A stretch of DNA of 64,000 bases from Giardia intestinalis (Eukaryota), in assembly GCA_000002435.2 (NCBI GenBank), contig CM018790.1. One strand, written 5' to 3'. Numbering within the stretch: the first letter of the stretch is position 1; each line of letters begins with the position of its first letter. The notes beneath the pieces were generated by a model that saw only the letters and a list, made by a program, of their open reading frames with translations, was not told the origin of the DNA and did not search any database. Of the stretch, positions 19,158 through 28,867 are shown in pieces. A program made the translations under genes and the position numbers.

Positions 19158-21884
19158 CTACTTCCGATGCTTTTCTGTCGTGGTGGCGGCGAGCTCGCCC
19201 ATCTCCCTGACAAGGTCAAGAATCTCTGTGATTCGAAGCTCGGCCTCGTCAACGCGTTCTCCTGTCTGTTGGAGGCTTGCAGCAACGTTAGAAAGCGTCT
19301 CTGCGGTCCTTATGCGGAAGGATTCAACCATGGCCAACATGTTGTTGCAGGAGAAAACAGTCGTGCGAACCTTTTCATTACACTCTTCCTGAGTATTAGT
19401 GAGCTCTTGGGTGGTTACCTCGCGCTTCTTGGCCAACTCGGCCAATTCTTGATCTAGATTTTTGATCTGAAGATTCAGATCGACCTTCCTTTTAGAAAGA
19501 TCGCGTATCTGCCCGAGGACGGCCATCGCTTTTTCGTTTTTCGCATCTTGTTCATAGTTTTTAGCAGCCTCGAAATTAGAATACCGGGCCGCGACAATGT
19601 CGCACTGATCCTTCCACTTTTTGTTCTTGGTCTCCAAGCTAGCTATTTCTGCTTGAATCGCAACATCCTCTTTTTCTGCTGCCTTCTGCTTTTTTTCAAT
19701 ATCCTTTTGGGCGAGATTAAGTAGATGGATCAGCTGGCCACAGGTCATACTTAGCCCCGTACAGAGATCAGAAAACTTGCGCGGCTCTCCTGTTTGGTTC
19801 GCACTTCTTACGTTACACATCTGCTCGATAGCATTAACTGTTCCATTTCTGTCCAATGGAACAACGATGTCAGAGGAACTTGCGTCTGAAAAATTCCTGA
19901 ATACACTCTCGAAACTCTGGATGTCTTTTACGTTATAGATGCCAGAAATTTCCATAAACTTAGCCAAAGTGGGTGACTCTGAGACTTTTTTCTGCAGTGC
20001 AGAGAGCTCAATGGCCAATCCATATGCAGACTGGGAAAGCAAGCTCTTGGAGGAGAGAATCTTTTCCTGCAATTCTACAATTTGTGCTGACTTGTTCTTG
20101 TTGTTCTGATTAATCGCTTCCAGCTTTCCTATATGCATGCTATAGAGATGATGGCTAACATAATCTGTTGCATGCGCCAGCTTCTCCTCTTGTATCTGGG
20201 CCACTTGATTAGCGATGCCACTAATTTTCTCTCGAAGCTCTGTCTTCTGACGCATTAGATCAGCGACCTTCTGCGAAAGAATCTCTTTTTTGTTCTGATT
20301 GCTAAGAAGGCTCAAGGCACCCTCCAATGCCTCCACCCGTTGCGCTAAGAACGTGAAAAATGAGTCTACGGAGTCTGTGCATACGTTATACATGGTATAA
20401 AAGTCCTGCGAACGTGCCACGATGCTTTGTATGGTAAGGTCCATATACTGATCTGTTACTTGTAACTTTCTAAACAGATCCACAAGGGCGGCATCTCTCT
20501 GTGGCGGGTCTATCTTCTCAATTCTTATGATTTCTTCTGTTGGAACAAACTTGGCCTTCTTCAAAAAGTTGAAGATTTGAGTGTGTACGTGTTGATCTGA
20601 GACGTTAGTGTTAGAAATAAACACTAACAGTTCTGTCATTTTACTGCAAAGGACCTCCAGGTGACCCTTTAGCTGAGACTTCAACTCTGTATTCTCGTGG
20701 CTGATTGCATCTAGGCGAGCCATATAGGTCACCTGACAGTCGCTTGCCTTTTGCTGAAACGCTTCTAGCGTCTCGGTAGTGGCGCGAGGCGACATGTTGG
20801 TATATAACGATAAGATCATCCCACTGTAGGGAGGTGTGACCACCAGATTTTTGTCTGGAAACATCTGGAATGCGTAGTCTATCATGTCCTTTACCATACT
20901 ATCATCAAATGTTCCTTCACTGTCTGCTCCCAATAATATTGTCTTATCTTCAATCACTTCTTGTCCATTCTTGTTTAGAGCAGTGGAAGGACCATCGGTG
21001 ATAGGATAAAGCCCCTGTACGTCTTGCAAGGTTTTCCTCTGCTCTGGTGTCAGGTCCGCAATTATCTCATCCCAGACGACTGTGGCGTTGTTGTCTGATC
21101 TCGTGCTCTTTCTGATCTGTATGCGCTCAGAGATAAACTTGTGATAGGCCTTCTTGACGAACTCTAGGTAGTGTATCAAAAGAAGCATCCGCCACGAGTC
21201 TCTCGTAAGAAAAGATATAGCTTTCGGGCCTAAGGTCTTTTTAGCACCACTGTCGAGAATGGTTTGGAGTGTTGCAAGTTCTGTGTTGATATCCTTAAGC
21301 ACATCTGTCGCCCGCTCAAAGGGGTTGGACTTTGGGTTGAAGACTGGGTTGAAAGCATGCAAGAAGGATTTTAGCTGTGCTGATAGGTTGTCATATGGCG
21401 GATTCATTAGAATGTACCACATTGCACCTATAAACTGGATAACGTTGGACCGGATGGTACTTTGCTTATTTTGTTGGTTAGATCCCAAGGGCTGGTTGAT
21501 ATTAAAGCTCTGCAGGATCGCAAGATGGGCTCTAGAAATAAGTTTCAGTCCGCTGATATCGTGTAAGAAGAGGAAGCACTCCACGTAATCATTCATGGTG
21601 TTCCATTGGCCACTCTTTAGTACTTTCCCTTTGGACCTAAGAAATTCCACGATGTCTGTCTGCATAGATACTATCGTTGACTGACTGTCTTGCCGCTCTT
21701 TGCCACGGGTGTTGTGGACCCAGGCGGACTGTCTAACAGAATCACCCCTAACGCTCGTTTGGGGATGAGAGTGCTGCTGAACAACAGTACTTCTGCGATT
21801 TGTGTTGGCTGATTCAGCACGGGGTTGAAAAGATTGGGCCGACACTTGTCGCGTTTGCTGCATGAACGACTGGCGGTTGGACAT
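19158..21884 (-). CDS. large coiled-coil hypothetical protein (908 aa)
   Basis: Long ORF whose C-terminal third has extended heptad character (KKQKAAEKEDVAIQAEIASLETKNKKWKDQ...LQIKNLDQELAELAKKREV). No motor or enzymatic motifs seen. Confidence 0.6.
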   Translation of the reverse strand: MSNRQSFMQQTRQVSAQSFQPRAESANTNRRSTVVQQHSHPQTSVRGDSVRQSAWVHNTRGKERQDSQSTIVSMQTDIVEFLRSKGKVLKSGQWNTMNDYVECFLFLHDISGLKLISRAHLAILQSFNINQPLGSNQQNKQSTIRSNVIQFIGAMWYILMNPPYDNLSAQLKSFLHAFNPVFNPKSNPFERATDVLKDINTELATLQTILDSGAKKTLGPKAISFLTRDSWRMLLLIHYLEFVKKAYHKFISERIQIRKSTRSDNNATVVWDEIIADLTPEQRKTLQDVQGLYPITDGPSTALNKNGQEVIEDKTILLGADSEGTFDDSMVKDMIDYAFQMFPDKNLVVTPPYSGMILSLYTNMSPRATTETLEAFQQKASDCQVTYMARLDAISHENTELKSQLKGHLEVLCSKMTELLVFISNTNVSDQHVHTQIFNFLKKAKFVPTEEIIRIEKIDPPQRDAALVDLFRKLQVTDQYMDLTIQSIVARSQDFYTMYNVCTDSVDSFFTFLAQRVEALEGALSLLSNQNKKEILSQKVADLMRQKTELREKISGIANQVAQIQEEKLAHATDYVSHHLYSMHIGKLEAINQNNKNKSAQIVELQEKILSSKSLLSQSAYGLAIELSALQKKVSESPTLAKFMEISGIYNVKDIQSFESVFRNFSDASSSDIVVPLDRNGTVNAIEQMCNVRSANQTGEPRKFSDLCTGLSMTCGQLIHLLNLAQKDIEKKQKAAEKEDVAIQAEIASLETKNKKWKDQCDIVAARYSNFEAAKNYEQDAKNEKAMAVLGQIRDLSKRKVDLNLQIKNLDQELAELAKKREVTTQELTNTQEECNEKVRTTVFSCNNMLAMVESFRIRTAETLSNVAASLQQTGERVDEAELRITEILDLVREMGELAATTTEKHRK

Positions 21885-21905
21885 AGTTTTTTGGAAATCC
21901 CAGCA

Positions 21906-23297
21906 TCACGCCTTGGTTGGTGGAAGTCCAGAAGGTCGAGCTAAGGGAAGGTCGGCGGGCCTACCAGAAGATCTTCCCTTAATAATGCGTTGTCCTTCGG
22001 TCGATGGTGCACGAGTGCCAGTCGGAGAGGTGCTGGTCAGCCAAGCCTGCGTAGAGCTGCGAGTTCCCTTGCCGGCAAGAATGGGAGACGCATCCCGAAC
22101 GTACGCAGTGCGAAGAGATGCTCCAAGACAGGCGAATGCATCATCAGATTGCGAGATACAAGAAGGAACAAGAGCAGATGACGCAGAGGATTCATCATCA
22201 CTCATGCCGGGAATTACCTCAAATGTCCTGGCAGCCTCCACAGTTGGAAAGGTGCGAGAAACCGAAGGCTTATCTGTAAGGGCGTGAGATCCAACGTGCA
22301 TAAGAAGATTTTGCTCTGGAGCAATTACAGACGCAGATGCAAATGTAGACGCAGCACTGAGATTTGCGCGTGACCTGTAGGAGTATGGTTGTGGAAGTGA
22401 TCCCTGTGCAGTAAGTTGTCCAGACCCATATCCAGCAACGGTAGATGGACGCGGATATGCTTTATAAATGTGGCTAGCTGAGCCTGGCCTTTTGCTGGTA
22501 CCAGATGGAACTGCTGGTGGAACGGGTGCCAAGGAGCTAGTTACTGGTTCTGCAGAACTTATGCTTTTTTCCCGTTGTTGTGTCTGCATCGACCCACTAT
22601 CTTTGTCAACGTCTATTGTGCTCGTAAAGGCTTCTATGTCATTGACCTCATTCCCCAAATTCTGAAGCTCGTGTATTTCTGTGCAAGAAAGTTCACACCG
22701 TGGCCCAGATCGCACTGCCATAGAGTTGGCGCTCAAGGATTCGCGTCTGCCATTCTTCACACTGGGCGTAACATCTGGTCTAACATGACTTTGGGGTGTG
22801 TTGATCTTTCGGGCCTTTGGCGTTATATATGTATTGGACGGCTCAGCACTTGATGCTGATTGATATTCAGGACTATTACTTCTGGATTTTGAAATGCGGG
22901 CTAACAGTCTGTTGAACTTCTCAGCAAAGCTGTCAAAGCGTTGCTCTAAAACTGTGATTCTTGCTAACATCTCCTCCTGTTGGCGGAGGACCTTCTGCTC
23001 TACGATCTCTTGCGTTTGTTTTGCTATTTTACTCTTCAGTTTTCGTGGAAGCTCAGTTGAAAGCATCTTGCAATAGGCTGCTACTTTATCTGTAATTTCT
23101 TCTAGAGCAAGCATTCGTCTCTCAAGGGTCAAGTGATCCTTTAGGATAGACTTTCCGTAGCCACTAACAGGCCCCTCCTCGGGGAGAATTGGAGCAAATT
23201 CTGTTAGCATTGGTGCAGGAGGAAGAACATCTGAGTGTGAGGGCTCATATAACTGCGTTGTTGTGAAGAGACCGGTGCGCTCAACCAATTGAGACAT
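21906..23297 (-). CDS. hypothetical Ser/Thr-rich protein with N-terminal coiled coil
   Basis: 463-aa ORF. N-terminal coiled-coil (LALEEITDKVAAYCKMLSTELPRKLKSKIAKQTQEIVEQKVLRQQEEMLARITVLEQRFDSFAEKFNRLLARI) followed by a Ser/Pro/Thr-rich low-complexity tail. Confidence 0.55.
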   Translation of the reverse strand: MSQLVERTGLFTTTQLYEPSHSDVLPPAPMLTEFAPILPEEGPVSGYGKSILKDHLTLERRMLALEEITDKVAAYCKMLSTELPRKLKSKIAKQTQEIVEQKVLRQQEEMLARITVLEQRFDSFAEKFNRLLARISKSRSNSPEYQSASSAEPSNTYITPKARKINTPQSHVRPDVTPSVKNGRRESLSANSMAVRSGPRCELSCTEIHELQNLGNEVNDIEAFTSTIDVDKDSGSMQTQQREKSISSAEPVTSSLAPVPPAVPSGTSKRPGSASHIYKAYPRPSTVAGYGSGQLTAQGSLPQPYSYRSRANLSAASTFASASVIAPEQNLLMHVGSHALTDKPSVSRTFPTVEAARTFEVIPGMSDDESSASSALVPSCISQSDDAFACLGASLRTAYVRDASPILAGKGTRSSTQAWLTSTSPTGTRAPSTEGQRIIKGRSSGRPADLPLARPSGLPPTKA

Positions 23298-23312
23298 ACT
23301 TTAAAATTTGGT

Positions 23313-24017
23313 TCACAAATAATCATCGTAAGGGGAAGCATCGTACGCGCCATCATCCACATCATCATCGTAGCCACACGAGTCAAAGTACTCTTCGTCA
23401 GCGGTAAAGTTGCCCGGGTCGTCAAGGCCGGGCTGCAAGGCAAACTCAACAGAGGCCATAGCTCCAACGGCCTCGCAATTTTGGACATTGTGCCGCAGCT
23501 GTTTCCCTGTACAAGGTGCAGGTGGGATTACCTGGCCGTTGAATCCTGGCAAGAGTGGAAGATTGGCGGTTTGGAGCTCCTGCAACAAAGACCAGTCCCC
23601 ATGTATTGAATAGGCATATCCATCTATGAGCCACCGAGCTACAGCGAAATCTGAGTCGTCCTCAACGTCTGTATTGAAATCTTCTGCCAAAACTTGGATT
23701 AGAAACCCAGCCACCTCTGATTCGCAGGCGTCGCTTCCACATGACTGGAAGAAGGTTACGATCTCTCGGGCCATAGTATCGGCCTTCTCTGAAAACCGAG
23801 AGAATGATATAATGTTGTGTTCATAAATGGCACGGAAGACGTGCCAAGAGGACAAAAGCATGCAGACGTAGCTGTAAAACAACTCCCAGTTCATTGCGTT
23901 ATTACAGCCGCGCGAACTGTACGGACACTCCTGTCTAGGGTACACGATCTGTGAGAGATCTCCGGTGAGAATCATCCCTCTAAAGCACAAAGACAATGTT
24001 TTAATTAAAGAATCCAT
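23313..24017 (-). CDS. hypothetical protein with acidic Tyr/Asp-rich C-terminus
   Basis: 234-aa ORF packed 15 nt from the upstream gene. The C-terminus is DDVDDGAYDASPYDDYL. No family assignment made. Confidence 0.5.
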   Translation of the reverse strand: MDSLIKTLSLCFRGMILTGDLSQIVYPRQECPYSSRGCNNAMNWELFYSYVCMLLSSWHVFRAIYEHNIISFSRFSEKADTMAREIVTFFQSCGSDACESEVAGFLIQVLAEDFNTDVEDDSDFAVARWLIDGYAYSIHGDWSLLQELQTANLPLLPGFNGQVIPPAPCTGKQLRHNVQNCEAVGAMASVEFALQPGLDDPGNFTADEEYFDSCGYDDDVDDGAYDASPYDDYL

Positions 24018-24084
24018 TGGTCACTGGCAGTCATTGACGCGACGCGATACGTATTTACTACTAGGAGAGGCAGAGACCCAACGG

Positions 24085-24405
24085 CTAATCCACCTTGACA
24101 ATGTGCATCTTCCTGAGCTGCTGCCTTGAGAGTTTGTTAACCTTGGCATTGGATATCTTCTGCTCGCCGCTCGCTGCCCGTGCGTTCTTTTCACGCCTTT
24201 CACGGTTCTTCTTGCGCTGCTTCCTGGCTGCTTCTTCTCGCTTGGCGTTGGCCTCCTTGAGCTGCCTGTCAAGTTCTCTGGTCTCCTGGAGCTCACGAGT
24301 TAGCTTCATCTTGATAGCCGTTGTCCGGCAGCTCCTCCGAATGGGTTTGACTGGTGTGCGCCAGCTCTGGGACAAAGCTGCGCCCGACACGTGACCATTC
24401 CCCAT
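24085..24405 (-). CDS. small basic coiled-coil protein, Cgr1/CCDC86-like (tentative)
   Basis: The C-terminal ~100 aa (GHVSGAALSQSWRTPVKPIRR...MKLTRELQETRELDRQLKEANAKREEAARKQRKKNRERREKNARA...LRKMHIVKV) resembles the Cgr1/cyclon family (vsGk.WK...SW..K...R..e....kE.). The track ORF is longer (to 24600). The proposed start is the internal MGNGHVSG at ~24405. Confidence 0.3.
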   Translation of the reverse strand: MGNGHVSGAALSQSWRTPVKPIRRSCRTTAIKMKLTRELQETRELDRQLKEANAKREEAARKQRKKNRERREKNARAASGEQKISNAKVNKLSRQQLRKMHIVKVD

Positions 24406-24426
24406 CTGTAATAACTTTAAAAAGGA

Positions 24427-24819
24427 ATGCAAATTATAAACCGCGAGCACCCGACCTTGGTGACGAACATCGAGGTCTATCACATACTGCGGCATCGGTA
24501 TTACCGCCAGGCCACTGGCTCTGCAGAAGGTGGCCTCTTTAAGAAGCAGCTGGCTATGGAGCTCCAGATGCATCACTATCTCAAACCGAAAGTCAAGCAT
24601 ATTACCAAGGAAATGCTTATCCGATTATGGAACTACCTAGGACCAGAAAACCATTTTACAGACCTCCACCGCTTCCAGATTCTCAACGACATACCGCAAA
24701 GCCCTGCAGAGCTCTCTGCAATTCTCCAGGACTCTGACTACTTTACTGAGGACCGCATAGAAGAGGCGTTTGCGTACCTCAGTCAGTTCCTGAAATCCCC
24801 TGAGCCCGCTACGCACTAG
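24427..24819 (+). CDS. RNA polymerase Rpb4/RPC9(C17)-family subunit
   Basis: TLVTNIEVYHILRHR matches the N-terminal '.L.N.EV..lL' motif. FQILNDIPQSPAELSAILQDSDYFTEDRIEEAFAYL matches the C-terminal HRDC-like 'LqiiN.rP....EL..iiee...rf.eeqieeiL' motif. 130 aa. Confidence 0.5.
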   Translation: MQIINREHPTLVTNIEVYHILRHRYYRQATGSAEGGLFKKQLAMELQMHHYLKPKVKHITKEMLIRLWNYLGPENHFTDLHRFQILNDIPQSPAELSAILQDSDYFTEDRIEEAFAYLSQFLKSPEPATH

Positions 24820-25011
24820 CATTGAAGATAAGGCTAACTCTGCATGGATCCATAAACGTGCATACAGTAGTGATAGGTTTACTCTCTGCTATAAGCAGGC
24901 AACTCCATATAAACTCGAATGAGTAAACTGTCCATGATTGAGTCTGTTCATGGGATGAGCAGCTCGGCGCATGAAGTTAGCTAAAGAACCCCTCTATTAG
25001 GGCAATCGAAA

Positions 25012-26031
25012 TTAAGATCCGTTCTTTTTGGTATAATCCGGCTTCTCGCGTTCGTTGTCCGGAACGGCGTCGAACTGTAAGAAGCAAATTCCGCCACCAC
25101 CATTTGTGTCCACCTCCATCACTGCAGCCAAGTTCTTGCACTTGTAGAAATAGTTAGGACAGCTCCAGCAAGTACAACACTTGTTGTTAAAGAACCACTG
25201 GTAGCCTTGGGGAGCAAGTTGGTGGGCCCTGGTTATGATTTCTACGCCATTATCGGAGTTGAACTTATCTACGGCCTGGGCGCCAAACAAGAATCCGGCT
25301 CCACGCGTGGAAGGCGAGAAGAGTGATACCTTAGTCTCTGGGTCGCTCCAGCAAAGGTCTGTGAAGCTTCCTTCACTAGGTATTTCAATTGATCTCTGAA
25401 TCACGCGAATGGTATCTATCAGAGGGCACTTTGGCGACAGACCGCCGTGAACCCCGAAGATCCTATCGTCCACAACAGCCGAAATGGGAAGGTAGTCAAA
25501 GGAATCAACAAAGAGCTTCCAGACTGCAGAGTGGGAATAGTAACGCTGGCACTGTTCGTAGAAGCCATAGACCTGTGTGATTGACCTGCACTCATGGTTG
25601 CCACGGATAAGGTAGATCTGTGTGGGGTACATAAGCTTTAGAAGATAAAGCAGGGTTATCGTCTCTAAGCTGAAATATCCACGATCGACGTAGTCTCCGA
25701 GGAAGAGGTACTTTTTGGGCGTAGGATGCACTCGCAGGGCCTTGGCGTTAGAACTCATGGAGGTGTTAGGCTTAAGGTTAGCCGGAACCACGGTCGTGTT
25801 TGCCTCCTTCGGAGTTGAATTGTCGATGCGTCCACCAACGTCAAAAAGCTTGACAACGTCGTAGAACTGACCGTGTAGATCACCGCATATGTTGACTGGT
25901 CCGGAAATGTTTAAGACGTTTGGCTCTTGAGCTAGAATGGCCTGAACGCGCCAAACCAACTCTCTGATATCGTCCTCAGCTAGCATTTGGCGCTGCCACG
26001 TCATAGTAAGAAGCTTGGCTGGGTCTATCAT
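25012..26031 (-). CDS. PPP-family Ser/Thr protein phosphatase, PP2A-like catalytic subunit (with ~35-aa insertion)
   Basis: ICGDLHGQFYDVVKLF, GDYVDRGYFSLETITLLYLLKLMYP, LIRGNHECRSITQVYGFYEQC and the downstream SAPNYCY-like region are PPP catalytic motifs. There is an insertion between the GDxHG and GDxVDRG boxes. Confidence 0.8.
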   Translation of the reverse strand: MIDPAKLLTMTWQRQMLAEDDIRELVWRVQAILAQEPNVLNISGPVNICGDLHGQFYDVVKLFDVGGRIDNSTPKEANTTVVPANLKPNTSMSSNAKALRVHPTPKKYLFLGDYVDRGYFSLETITLLYLLKLMYPTQIYLIRGNHECRSITQVYGFYEQCQRYYSHSAVWKLFVDSFDYLPISAVVDDRIFGVHGGLSPKCPLIDTIRVIQRSIEIPSEGSFTDLCWSDPETKVSLFSPSTRGAGFLFGAQAVDKFNSDNGVEIITRAHQLAPQGYQWFFNNKCCTCWSCPNYFYKCKNLAAVMEVDTNGGGGICFLQFDAVPDNEREKPDYTKKNGS

Positions 26032-26105
26032 CCTTCAAAATTTTGCTGTTTCGAGAATTAAAGTAATTTTTGACCCAGGAAGGCATCGGTATCTCGCCAT
26101 ACAAT

Positions 26106-27830
26106 ATGGAAGAAGAACTGTTAGACGTTAATAGACAAAACGTGCGTCTGAAGCAATTGCTAGGAGAGGCTCAACGTACATTTGAGTTGATCGACGAACA
26201 GCGCCGTAAAGCAGCGAGTATCATTGAATCACACGAGCAAGTGATGGCCCAAAAGGCTCTTGAAAATAGCCAGCTCCAGGAACGGTTGACAGAGATGGAG
26301 CGCGCCACTCGGTCCATGGCGTCCATTGAACACCAACTGGAATTCAACAAGGCAGAGCTCTCCCGTCTTGCTGCTGAAAATGAGTCACTGAAGCAGGAGC
26401 TCAAAGCCTCTGCTAAAAAGAACACTGACCTCACTCAATACAAATATCAAGCAGCAGCCTTAATGTCTGAATTGGCTGCAGTTAAAAAAGATTTAGAAAC
26501 TACCAATGTGGATGCATCCAGGACTAAGGAAGAGCTATCTGCTACAATAGAGACGAACAAGGAGCTTCGCATGGCACTGAGCTCATCCACAGACCAATTG
26601 ACTGTCCTTTTAGCCCTCTTGCTCGAAAGGAGTGATCAAGCAAAAAGCGGTGGAGATGGTGCTACTGCTAGCTGTGATATTGATGATTCTGATAATCGGA
26701 AGCATCTTTATGACATTCTTAGCTGTCAGTCGACTATTCTGAGTCATTTTGTACTTTTCAGCTCCTCTGCGGGTGCATCTCCTTTGCCAATCTTTCTTCT
26801 AACTTGTACTCTTTTCACCCAGCGGCTCCTTCTTCGGCGATTGTGCGCTTTTATTAACCAGGGAACACTAAGCCTGTCTGACAATTCAGAGCGCCTGAAC
26901 TTCTTATTAAGTTCCTTTGCATTATCGCTTGTGGAAGATTTCATATCAGTTTTTCTCACCCAAGGAGAGAAGTTCTATCTTGCTGCAACCGAGATGCCCA
27001 GTCCTGAAGTATTTAAGGCAGCATTGAGTCTATCGTCGTCATTGCAGGATGCTTGTGGGGACTCACTTGCAGCCCTAGAAGAGGTGATCCTGACCGGCGC
27101 CTTGCCGAGTCACTTACAGCCCAACCTTAGCGCGTCCAGGATTCGCGGGTTTTTTGGTCAGGTACTTCCTGTACTATTTTCCAGTATGGATATATTAACA
27201 GGTGCAGACACAGGTTTGTACGCTTATTCAACTTTCCTCTCTGCACCTTCATTAATTGAAAGGCTTATTTTTGTCGTCACAGCATACATCTATCGCACCG
27301 TCTCATTTGGCTTTCAACAGCCATTTATAACGCTTTCGTCAAGATTCTTCCTCGATGCAATGACTTTGTTGTGCCCTGCTCAGAATGCATTTCTGGATCA
27401 TGCTAGTCAATCGGGGTTCTCAGTTGGCCAAGTGGATTGCTTGCTGGCAGCTTTTTCCGATCAGCTCTCTATCGATCAATCGTCGTCCCTCTTAGATCTC
27501 ATAAGTAAGACTAGAGATTCATTATCTAAAACCCTTAGTAGCGATAGTATGATGGCACAGCAGAAACGAACAAAGGACCAGGCTCATGTAGATATAAAAA
27601 CGTTATTGACCAATATTCAGGCAGAGGCGTCTCAACAGTTCAAAAAGCTAGTCTGTGCGCAGGATGAGCTCAGAGTGGAGCTGGATCACACTCGGACAGA
27701 ATTGGCCAGCCTTCGTGAGGAGCATGCTAAGACCATTGGATTGTTAAGAATAGCAAATGATCGGATATCGGTTGCTGAAGAGACAACTACTGCATTACGA
27801 AATGCGTTATCTGCTCAGCTGATTACTTAA
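26106..27830 (+). CDS. coiled-coil hypothetical protein
   Basis: N- and C-terminal coiled coils (QLQERLTEMERATRSMASIEHQLEFNKAELSRLAAENESLKQELK..., ...ELRVELDHTRTELASLREEHAKTIGLL) flank a hydrophobic/Leu-rich middle. The track ORF starts at an alternative TTG (26070). The first ATG (MEEELLDV) is at ~26106. Confidence 0.55.
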   Translation: MEEELLDVNRQNVRLKQLLGEAQRTFELIDEQRRKAASIIESHEQVMAQKALENSQLQERLTEMERATRSMASIEHQLEFNKAELSRLAAENESLKQELKASAKKNTDLTQYKYQAAALMSELAAVKKDLETTNVDASRTKEELSATIETNKELRMALSSSTDQLTVLLALLLERSDQAKSGGDGATASCDIDDSDNRKHLYDILSCQSTILSHFVLFSSSAGASPLPIFLLTCTLFTQRLLLRRLCAFINQGTLSLSDNSERLNFLLSSFALSLVEDFISVFLTQGEKFYLAATEMPSPEVFKAALSLSSSLQDACGDSLAALEEVILTGALPSHLQPNLSASRIRGFFGQVLPVLFSSMDILTGADTGLYAYSTFLSAPSLIERLIFVVTAYIYRTVSFGFQQPFITLSSRFFLDAMTLLCPAQNAFLDHASQSGFSVGQVDCLLAAFSDQLSIDQSSSLLDLISKTRDSLSKTLSSDSMMAQQKRTKDQAHVDIKTLLTNIQAEASQQFKKLVCAQDELRVELDHTRTELASLREEHAKTIGLLRIANDRISVAEETTTALRNALSAQLIT

Positions 27831-27968
27831 TGCTCTGAAGCAATACTTTGATTCGACCAGTAAACACATCGCTACAGCTCGAGAATTTATTATTCTAAAG
27901 AGGACTCCCGGAGTCATTCCCGGAACCGTTCCCTGCGCCGGGTCTTGCGCATATCGAATCATATACAA

Positions 27969-28832
27969 ATGATTATTTATGGATTTCTTTTTCTGTTGCT
28001 TCGCATCAGAGATATCTGTTCTACACGCTCCCAGCGAGTGCTTTCCATAAGCATTCTTCTTCTTATAAGTGTGATGCTTTCAACAAGCAGTTTAGAGAAT
28101 ATACTTGCCTTACTTCTTGGGATTGGCGAGATTCTATACACAGTTCGTCCTATTATATTCTTCAAGACGTGCACTACTTCACACTTGGCTCTTCTGCGAG
28201 CTAAGAACCCCGGGGTAATTCTTACAATTAGAAGCAGAGGCGCACAAAGTCAGGGATTAAGGCCAGGGCTGGATCATCCAATCTATCCTCGCCAGCGAAA
28301 ACACATTACAGAGGAACAGGTATTCCTAGGCGCACGTAGGTCTCAGAATTATGTAGACAGCCTAATTGAGGCCCTACTCAGAAACGACAGATCAAAAGCT
28401 CTGCGTTCTTCAAGAACGTTCTTCAGTCGTACTTCTAACTCTGAGTTTATTCTACAAATGATACGAGCCTTTGTATCACGCATGTGTAACAAGAAGGATG
28501 CAATGTTGTCTTCGGGAAAACCTGTGGTAGTAACAGAGCTATCGACAAGTGCGTCTGCTGCTAGCTACGAGTCTGAGGTGGAGCAAATACATGTGCTGAG
28601 CAGTGGGCATCAATTTGAGAATCACCGGTCTCAGTTTTCTGGTTTTCTTGAGCGCGTTCGCCTCATATATGAAGCGCGCCAAAGTAGACGATTGACTAAG
28701 TTCCTCCGGAGACAAGGAAGGCCCACAGACAAAAGAAAAACGCAAATCCCATTCACATCAGAGTGGATAGCAGGAGAAGATAGTGGCCTTGAAGCCCTTA
28801 CCCCATCGTCAGTGAGCAAACAGGATTGTTAA
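27969..28832 (+). CDS. hypothetical protein (weakly supported)
   Basis: 288-aa ORF after trimming the alternative-start extension (TTG at 27945). Hydrophobic N-terminus. No recognisable domains. Coding status uncertain. Confidence 0.35.
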   Translation: MIIYGFLFLLLRIRDICSTRSQRVLSISILLLISVMLSTSSLENILALLLGIGEILYTVRPIIFFKTCTTSHLALLRAKNPGVILTIRSRGAQSQGLRPGLDHPIYPRQRKHITEEQVFLGARRSQNYVDSLIEALLRNDRSKALRSSRTFFSRTSNSEFILQMIRAFVSRMCNKKDAMLSSGKPVVVTELSTSASAASYESEVEQIHVLSSGHQFENHRSQFSGFLERVRLIYEARQSRRLTKFLRRQGRPTDKRKTQIPFTSEWIAGEDSGLEALTPSSVSKQDC

Positions 28833-28867
28833 AGGAAAAGAGAAGATACTCGGAGCCAGAAAGATTC

